Part shown: one piece after another, positions 57,676-64,000 of the stretch | Position numbering within the stretch: the first letter of the stretch is position 1 | Layout of the letters: the number at the start of each line of letters is the position of its first letter | Origin: a virus | Direction: 5' to 3' (one strand) | Length of the DNA: 64,000 bases | IMG/VR virus record: IMGVR_UViG_3300022602_002120 | Span: 96,001 to 160,000 of that record | Translations under genes and position numbers: made by a program | Notes under the pieces: model-generated | Database searches by the model: none | Seen by the model: the letters and a program-made list of their open reading frames with translations, nothing else | What the model was told of the DNA's origin: nothing

Positions 57676-58249
57676 AAAATTTCACACTCTTATATAACTT
57701 ATAGTCTTCGGCAAAATACTCCTCTAATCTTGCTCGATATAGAGGATTTTGATTGATTTCTTCATTAAAACGAACAATAAATTCACGTTTACTACCTGTA
57801 CTAGTGTTATACTCTAAGGCAATCTGAATATTAGTACGATAGTTAAATTGTTTAACCCAACGCTCTAAATTGTCACGTAGGCGTTCATCTACACGTAAAA
57901 AAGTTGCTTTACTTAACTCAACCCCTTGTATAAAGTATACTTGGTGTTCGGTATGATCGTCAAATGTAATTTGCTCAAGTGCTTGATCTACAGTCAGCAT
58001 TATTCCAGTGTTATAACAATATTCTGCTATTCCACTAATCCAACGTTCGATCGGTTCACGTAGCGCAATTAGATATTCATCAGCAGGCACTAGTGTTTCG
58101 CTATGTCGCCACATACCATAACAGCCAATTAAACAGCCTTTGATAAAACTACTAGCATTTTTAGGAATATGTACATAGGTTAGGTGATGAGTATCATCTA
58201 CCCAACATTCACCTAGTCTATGTCCTAAATGTGCCCACTTACCGTACAT
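57668..58249 (-). CDS. Sulfotransferase family 2-like protein
   Basis: YVHIPKNASS (5'-PSB), REPIERWISG (3'-PB) and Y.EDY.LY. Confidence 0.75.
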   Translation of the reverse strand: MYGKWAHLGHRLGECWVDDTHHLTYVHIPKNASSFIKGCLIGCYGMWRHSETLVPADEYLIALREPIERWISGIAEYCYNTGIMLTVDQALEQITFDDHTEHQVYFIQGVELSKATFLRVDERLRDNLERWVKQFNYRTNIQIALEYNTSTGSKREFIVRFNEEINQNPLYRARLEEYFAEDYKLYKSVKFYD

Positions 58250-58980
58250 TACTTGCTTTGTGCTGGTAGTAAGTAGTTGTATGTTGCTAGACCTGTGTTT
58301 ACAGTGATCTGCGCAACACCTTCGTCGCTGATACTAAATTTCTTATCGCCTGCTAGATTAAGAATAGCAATTACAGCTGCAACAGGCCATGACCATGCTT
58401 TGGTTAATTTACCACTAACACCTGCTTGGAACACAAAGTTACCAGCATGACTACTGTGATCGCCAAAGAAGAATTTTAAGTCAGTACCTTCTGTTTTAGC
58501 TGTAAAATTTGTTTCTTCACTATTAGCACTTGACATAAACTTCAAACGTTGAATACTTGCTACTGTAGGTTCAAATTCTACGTTCCAGTTAACAGTTTTC
58601 ATTTTAACTGTTTTAAGTTTGTCACTAACAATTTCTTGACTCATAAAACGATAGTCGTTCTTAAAGTCACCCGCGGCATTTTCAAAATGCAGGCCCACTG
58701 AAACAGCTTCGCCATTGCGGTCTTGTGTGGTTAATGAAATCTTAGCATTTTCTTTGTATTCTGGAATGTTAAGAATTGTGTTTAGTTTGCCTAGATTAGG
58801 CATACCAAATGTGCCAATAAACTCAGCCACAGGTCCATTTAATTTAGCCTGTACAATAACTGAACGATCTTCAGCTAGGGCTTCGATGTTTGTTTCTTTG
58901 TCGGTGCCTGTTACTTTAACTAAATCAATATTGCCTAGGCCATAAGTGTTTTTAACGATGTCTAATAGATGGTCTCTCAT
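58249..58980 (-). CDS. Putative DNA polymerase sliding clamp (gp45/PCNA-like)
   Basis: 243 aa two-domain beta-rich pattern next to PolB; own promoter and AAGGAG site. Confidence 0.55.
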   Translation of the reverse strand: MRDHLLDIVKNTYGLGNIDLVKVTGTDKETNIEALAEDRSVIVQAKLNGPVAEFIGTFGMPNLGKLNTILNIPEYKENAKISLTTQDRNGEAVSVGLHFENAAGDFKNDYRFMSQEIVSDKLKTVKMKTVNWNVEFEPTVASIQRLKFMSSANSEETNFTAKTEGTDLKFFFGDHSSHAGNFVFQAGVSGKLTKAWSWPVAAVIAILNLAGDKKFSISDEGVAQITVNTGLATYNYLLPAQSK

Positions 58981-59003
58981 GTGTTTCTCCTTGTTGATAA
59001 TAT

Positions 59004-59032
59004 AGTGTATATGATGTATTTAGATCGTGCAA
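59004..59032 (-). promoter_or_regulatory. Hybrid sigma70 / late promoter
   Basis: TTGCAC-17-TACACT; CTAAATA at 59017..59023. Confidence 0.6.
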
Positions 59033-59046
59033 GTCGTTTTGATAAA

Positions 59047-59976
59047 TTATTTTTGTTTTATTTCTCCTAATACAGGATGTCGTTTAGCTGTGGCTAGTGT
59101 ACCGGGTTTCTTAACAGCCAACCAACTGATATATTTTACAGATTGGTCAACATTAGATAAATCGTAATCATATGCTAGTTCATAGCCTAGTTCTTGACAT
59201 GCAACTAATAAATGACGTTTAGGAACATAGCTCATACCACCAGTTTCTGCTAATTCACAACCTTCGAGTTGATCACAATTATTATAACTGAATAGGAATA
59301 TACCCCCTGGTCGCAATAATTCTAACATTTTTTTTAGATAATCTTTAATACAGGTCATGCTGGTATAATTAAATAACATCCAACTAAAAATAAACCCAAA
59401 TTGATTTTGTGGTAACTGTACTACACTGTCGGTGATAATATATTTTTTTAAGCGACCATAATAAACATCGTTAAATTGTCTGGCTATTGTTTCTACATTA
59501 TCTGCATTAAAATCACATAGGTATAACGGATCGCTGGCAACTAGATCATTGGTTAAACGCATACTTGGTGCTGTGCATCCAAACTGTAGTGCAGGATAAT
59601 AAAAGTTAGAGTGTTGGCGAATATTTACAGTAATAGCTTCGATTACTTCGTCGCTAATTTGAAAATCAATACGGTGATACTGTTTAAAGAATTCAAGACT
59701 AACATCAGGAAATTGCGTATTAGCTAGCAGGTCTATAGCATCGTTGATCTTATTAAGAATCTCAGGTAATTGTTCTTTAAGATTAACTGTGTACGGTATT
59801 AATTTTTCATATTCTGCCTGCACCGACCCTAATATATCATGTCCAACATTATGCGGATGAGTTACTCCTAATTGATGTAGTAATTGGCATACATCTGAGA
59901 TAGCAGGCGTTAGATTGATTTGACTCAATGTCGAAATAACATCGTTACGATATCTTATTAAATCACTGACTAGCAT
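59047..59976 (-). CDS. Class I SAM-dependent methyltransferase-like protein
   Basis: ALQFGC, YLCD, FGFIFSW and LRPGGIFLFSY. Confidence 0.6.
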   Translation of the reverse strand: MLVSDLIRYRNDVISTLSQINLTPAISDVCQLLHQLGVTHPHNVGHDILGSVQAEYEKLIPYTVNLKEQLPEILNKINDAIDLLANTQFPDVSLEFFKQYHRIDFQISDEVIEAITVNIRQHSNFYYPALQFGCTAPSMRLTNDLVASDPLYLCDFNADNVETIARQFNDVYYGRLKKYIITDSVVQLPQNQFGFIFSWMLFNYTSMTCIKDYLKKMLELLRPGGIFLFSYNNCDQLEGCELAETGGMSYVPKRHLLVACQELGYELAYDYDLSNVDQSVKYISWLAVKKPGTLATAKRHPVLGEIKQK

Positions 59977-62633
59977 TATTCAAAACTAAACAAACTATCA
60001 AACGTTGTTTTAATCTGTGTACTAGCCGCAATATCCCAATCTAATACGCCTAATAGGTTTTCTACCTTTTGATCTACGATGCCTGTTTCCATAGCATCAT
60101 CATCAAACGGTAGCTCTTTGAACCAAGCTGGTATATGTGTTTCGTCTGTTGGATAGCCTACACTAGTGTAACCTAGAGGATTATCTTTGAGTTTACACAC
60201 AATAGTTTTCATGCCGTCGACGATCTGCATTGAATAGTTATCTCCCATCATGCGGCGTAGATTATTCCAATTCATTGCAGCTCTAACGTGCCCTGGCATA
60301 TTGGCTTTACCTTCACGAACTTCTGCGGCTGTGTACTTGGTTAAGTTGTTTACACGTTTAGGTGTGCCTTTTTCCCAAGCAGGGCGATCTTGGAATATTA
60401 ACTTGAAATCGCGTATCTTTTCGATAATAGTTTCGCGTTGACTACCAGTTAATACATCTAATAAGATTTCGCTTAAGAAATCCTGCATAAATGCTGGAGT
60501 GTCACTGCGTTTCAAGTCTAAGCCCATGGCCTTTAGTTTACCTGGTTTGTCGTGAGTATCTAGGCGCTTTCCTTCTAGGTCATAGATCAGTACAGCATAG
60601 CGTTTCTTCTTGATAAACAGGCCTTTAAGTGCTACAAGCTCACGCCCGCCTTTGATCAACCCACCCTGTTTGCGTGGAGTGTGGAAAGCACGTTCACAGA
60701 ACTGTGGAAAACTTTCGTTAACTTGATCAGCAATAGTATCATAAAGTTGTACAGCAATGTCTTTTGACCATTCCATACGGCCCGCTTCTACATCTTCTTT
60801 GACGATAGGCCATGCACTAAAATAACATGAGTCTGTATCACCGTAGATAATAGCCTTACCTACGTGATCGTACTCACCAGTGATGCACTCATTTATGTAG
60901 GCATCCATGTGCTTGGCAATGGTACGACCGGTAAGGGTAGTGGATTGTCCAATACGCTTATCAAAGAAGCGACAACCAGGATTAAGAATAGCACCATACA
61001 AGCTATTAAGGTTAATCTTTTTAACCAGCTGTCGTTTGTCCCAAAACGCAATATCTTCATCTGTAGTTGCTTCCTTCTTTTTAGCCTGCATTTCTTTACG
61101 TTCAGCATACCAACGTTCTAGTAATCCTGGAATAACACCCTTGCGATCATTACTAAAGATAGTACCGTTAGCACTTAGAATCCAGTTCTTACCACTGTCA
61201 AAGATCAATCGCCAAACATCTGCGGCACTTAGGACATCACTGCCACCTTGTACCCAATCGATGGTAATTTCTGTGCCAGCTTGAGTTTCCATAACGGCTG
61301 TGTATTCTAAACTGCCAAACAAACCTTCCCATGCGTCAGCAAAGCTACTGCCACTATCCATTTTCTGTTTGATATAGTGATCAGTCATGATAGGACGTAG
61401 TTGTCCTACAATAGTTTCTGGACCCATGTTTAATGCACGAATTGCTGATGGATAAAGTGAGTTAATATCAACTGCACCGATATAATCGTGCATACCTGCT
61501 TTAGGAGTTGCTACATACGCACCTGCGGCCTGTGTGTTGAACTGTTCTTCACGGTTACGATTAGGTACAACCATACCAAGTTGATGTGCTTCGTTGATAA
61601 TTGCCTGTTCTGTAACAGCTACAGCACCCATAGTTGTTTGTAGTAACACAGTATTATCATGCGCAAGTTCATTGGCTAGATCTAAAAAGCGTAGTTTCTT
61701 GTCTAGCTTGCCTAGCAACATGGTATCCTGTCTATTATAGTCAATAAACTTAGGAAAGTCTTTGTTGTAGAGTTGATCTAAGGTACCTTCATAGGCAACC
61801 TTACGCTCATCTAGTTCATATTCGCCGATGGCATCTAAGCTATAACTATGACGTTCTTCATATGTGTACTTGCGATACAATTGCATATAGTCTAGATGTA
61901 CACGACCAATCAAGTCAAATGTAATGTTAGTAGCACCAAAGCGTTCAAAATCGCGTTGTTTAGGATATTGACCCCACAAGCACATGCGTCGTGTATCATC
62001 TTTGCTTAAAACACGAATAATACGTCCAATGGTATATGGAATATCATAGCCCTCACTGTTCCAACCACTTAAGATGTCAGCATCATCAATTAGGTTAAGG
62101 AATGTGTCCAACATATCCTGTTCACGATCAAACAAGAAACAGTTTTCATATTGATTACATATTTCCTGTGCTGACTCCCAACTATAACTTTTAGGAGGAA
62201 CTACTAAGGTGACTAGTTTGTCTAACCAATCTAAGTATACCGAGATAGCTGTAATAGCATTAAATGGATCGTTTGTTGGAGCATAACCTCGTTCAGGGTC
62301 AAAGTCTACCTCAATATCGAAGAACGCTGTTTGCAGTTTAGGGGCAGCCTGTCCTAGGTAGTTTTCTTCAAAACATCGAAACACAGGATTGATGTCACTT
62401 TCCCATATTTTCTTATTACCATTGACTCTGACTTCTTTGTGGAATTCCTTGCCTACACGAGTACTAAAGCGACTTACCGGTGTGTCGTAGATAGTGCGGA
62501 ATTTACCTTTGGGATCATCATAATAGAATACATAGTTTGCTGGGTATTCTTTATATTCTCTTTGACCGTTGTTGCGTTCAACAACGTAGATTCGATCTTT
62601 TGTTCGATCGAATAGTGCGTCTACATAACTCAT
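59976..62633 (-). CDS. Family B DNA polymerase
   Basis: FFDIEVD, GWNSEGYD, DINSLYPS, KINLNSLYG, YGDTDS and KKRY. Confidence 0.97.
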   Translation of the reverse strand: MSYVDALFDRTKDRIYVVERNNGQREYKEYPANYVFYYDDPKGKFRTIYDTPVSRFSTRVGKEFHKEVRVNGNKKIWESDINPVFRCFEENYLGQAAPKLQTAFFDIEVDFDPERGYAPTNDPFNAITAISVYLDWLDKLVTLVVPPKSYSWESAQEICNQYENCFLFDREQDMLDTFLNLIDDADILSGWNSEGYDIPYTIGRIIRVLSKDDTRRMCLWGQYPKQRDFERFGATNITFDLIGRVHLDYMQLYRKYTYEERHSYSLDAIGEYELDERKVAYEGTLDQLYNKDFPKFIDYNRQDTMLLGKLDKKLRFLDLANELAHDNTVLLQTTMGAVAVTEQAIINEAHQLGMVVPNRNREEQFNTQAAGAYVATPKAGMHDYIGAVDINSLYPSAIRALNMGPETIVGQLRPIMTDHYIKQKMDSGSSFADAWEGLFGSLEYTAVMETQAGTEITIDWVQGGSDVLSAADVWRLIFDSGKNWILSANGTIFSNDRKGVIPGLLERWYAERKEMQAKKKEATTDEDIAFWDKRQLVKKINLNSLYGAILNPGCRFFDKRIGQSTTLTGRTIAKHMDAYINECITGEYDHVGKAIIYGDTDSCYFSAWPIVKEDVEAGRMEWSKDIAVQLYDTIADQVNESFPQFCERAFHTPRKQGGLIKGGRELVALKGLFIKKKRYAVLIYDLEGKRLDTHDKPGKLKAMGLDLKRSDTPAFMQDFLSEILLDVLTGSQRETIIEKIRDFKLIFQDRPAWEKGTPKRVNNLTKYTAAEVREGKANMPGHVRAAMNWNNLRRMMGDNYSMQIVDGMKTIVCKLKDNPLGYTSVGYPTDETHIPAWFKELPFDDDAMETGIVDQKVENLLGVLDWDIAASTQIKTTFDSLFSFE

Positions 62634-62696
62634 AACTCTCCTGCCACTTATAGCTGGCTAACTTTTCTGCATGTACGTAAGTGTACGATTCTTTTA

Positions 62697-62984
62697 TTAT
62701 AACATTAATATTCTATAAAAACCAATCAAATCGATAGCAAATAATGTTATACTAGTTAATAAAATACCAAAACTACCTCGACTAATAGCTGAGAATATGC
62801 TAATACTTAGTGCAACAAATATAACTGGATAGACAATTAACCAATTAGTGTGTGGTACAGTTAAACTCACACTAAGACTAATGACTATGTTTAGTAACCA
62901 ATTAACAGTCTCTAAACATAGTCTGACAGGATGACTATGCCAATCGTTTTTAATAAAATTAGCTGTCTTGTGCCAATCAATCAA
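62697..62984 (-). CDS. Small multi-TM membrane protein
   Basis: Three hydrophobic segments. Confidence 0.7.
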   Translation of the reverse strand: MIDWHKTANFIKNDWHSHPVRLCLETVNWLLNIVISLSVSLTVPHTNWLIVYPVIFVALSISIFSAISRGSFGILLTSITLFAIDLIGFYRILML

Positions 62985-63241
62985 AGTGTGCGACCAACAG
63001 TTTCAAGGATATCTTGTAGTGTTTCGTGATCTTGGTTAGTTTCACCAAATTTACTTTTTTGTGCGATTTTAATTGCTTTTTTAAGGATAGCTGGTTTAAT
63101 TTCTAATTCTTCTGCTACAGCTTTAATTGTGTCTGATAAGCCTGCGTTTAAGTCCTCTACTTCTTGTAAGACTTGAATACCTTCGTTAACTATTTGTGTT
63201 AATTTGGCTTTTTGTTCTGATGAAAACATACGTGATGACAT
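62981..63241 (-). CDS. T4 DsbA / GapR-like dsDNA-binding protein
   Basis: EVEDLNAGLSDTIKAVAEELEIKPAILKKAIKIA. Confidence 0.65.
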   Translation of the reverse strand: MSSRMFSSEQKAKLTQIVNEGIQVLQEVEDLNAGLSDTIKAVAEELEIKPAILKKAIKIAQKSKFGETNQDHETLQDILETVGRTL

Positions 63242-63266
63242 AGATCATTCCTTGGTTGAAAAATAT

Positions 63267-63295
63267 ATTATATGTTATTTAGACTAGTAGGTCAA
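63267..63295 (-). promoter_or_regulatory. Hybrid sigma70 / late promoter upstream of the PolB run
   Basis: TTGACC-17-TATAAT; CTAAATA at 63276..63282. Confidence 0.8.
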
Positions 63296-63711
63296 GAGAC
63301 TCTACATTTTCTGAGCACTTTACTTGCTGTTTCGAATTGCCAGGCCAGATCATCAAATAGGCCCTCTGCAGGACGTACCATAAAAGCACGTGTTAAATAG
63401 GCATTTTGTCCTAGATCACTATAGTAGTTACCACTAGGCCATTTAAGTTTACCCCATTCCATGCTGTTGATTAACAAGCATTCATCACCGATTTCTTTAA
63501 GTATATGTTTGCGTTGAGATGTAGGCAGATTAACACTAGCTAGTAGTTTAACACCTAATGGTTCTTTATTGACGTTGGGTTTATCTAAATAGTGAGCAAA
63601 TAGATGTACAATGTATGCTTCTATGTTATGTTCTAAATTGACAGTAAGGGCGTTTTCAGCTCGTTTAACGAGTTCATATGACTCTCTAACGTAGATTTCC
63701 CAATTACTCAT
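63292..63711 (-). CDS. Hypothetical protein
   Basis: 139 aa; ATGA-type coupling to the SOD gene. Confidence 0.75.
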   Translation of the reverse strand: MSNWEIYVRESYELVKRAENALTVNLEHNIEAYIVHLFAHYLDKPNVNKEPLGVKLLASVNLPTSQRKHILKEIGDECLLINSMEWGKLKWPSGNYYSDLGQNAYLTRAFMVRPAEGLFDDLAWQFETASKVLRKCRVS

Positions 63712-64000
63712 AGTCTGTGATTAATGACATCCCAGTCAATAATGCGCCAAATGTTAGTTAAATATTTGGCTTTGTCTGCGCCGTAGTCAGTAAACCAAGC
63801 ATGTTCCCACCAATCAATTAATAGGGCAATATCTGTACGCTTTTGGTGATTGTCGATGGTTTTAATAGTGCCAGTTTTGCTTAGATAGATCCAATGGCTG
63901 CCTTGTAGCTTCATGGCCTTAGTAGCTATTTCTTCTTTAAATTTATCAAAGGTACCAAATTTACGTTCAATTAATGCTTTTACAGCGCCAGTTGGTTTGT
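63708..64000 (-). CDS. Fe/Mn superoxide dismutase, 5'-partial
   Basis: Frame is open to the window end: KFGTFDKFKEE...QGSHW...IDWWEHAW...IDWDVIN. Confidence 0.88.
   Translation of the reverse strand, partial: KPTGAVKALIERKFGTFDKFKEEIATKAMKLQGSHWIYLSKTGTIKTIDNHQKRTDIALLIDWWEHAWFTDYGADKAKYLTNIWRIIDWDVINHRL

Noticed and set aside
59976-62633. Intein or intron in PolB
   Set aside because: The protein is 885 aa with all motifs at normal spacing and no splice-junction signature.
1-64000. Short opposite-strand or out-of-frame ORFs in the track (for example 1132..1374, 11666..11971, 32999..33337, 40562..40813, 56513..56908, 60907..61284)
   Set aside because: They lie inside motif-supported genes and have no RBS, promoter or recognisable motif; they are shadow ORFs.
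1-64000. Stop-codon reassignment
   Set aside because: Conserved genes are full length in the standard code, and TAA, TGA and TAG all end genes.
1-64000. tRNA, rRNA or CRISPR array
   Set aside because: Intergenic gaps are nearly all under about 100 nt and are explained by promoters or small ORFs. I saw no cloverleaf or spaced repeat.

Overview
This window looks like a 64 kb piece of a large T4-like (jumbo) dsDNA phage genome. It uses the standard genetic code. AGGAG ribosome-binding sites, near-consensus sigma70 promoters and T4-type TAAATA late boxes suggest a proteobacterial host. Positions 1-20.5 kb on the + strand form one translationally coupled operon. It holds five N-terminal-twitch radical SAM genes interleaved with eight SGNH-fold genes and three GT10-like genes, plus two GT-A-like genes, a carbamoyltransferase, an APS-kinase-like protein and dCMP deaminase. 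This operon converges on a DegT aminotransferase and an NDP-sugar epimerase. Positions 20.5-64 kb on the - strand carry nucleotide and replication genes (thyA, DHFR, RNase H, DEDDh exonuclease, clamp, PolB, DsbA/GapR-like) and a MoxR/VWA pair. They also carry metK, Fe/Mn SOD, a GIY-YIG/NUMOD3 homing endonuclease and a second 5 kb glycan island bounded by duplicated promoters. A 7-deazaguanine DNA-modification pathway is dispersed along this arm (folE, queD, queE, DpdL-like, DpdA/TGT-like; no queC or queF in the window). Several real small ORFs are missing from the supplied track, including a 33-aa cationic peptide, an ArfA-like protein and a CDGSH-like protein. I found no tRNA, rRNA, CRISPR array, intron or intein. 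All calls come from motif recognition by eye; no database searches were run.
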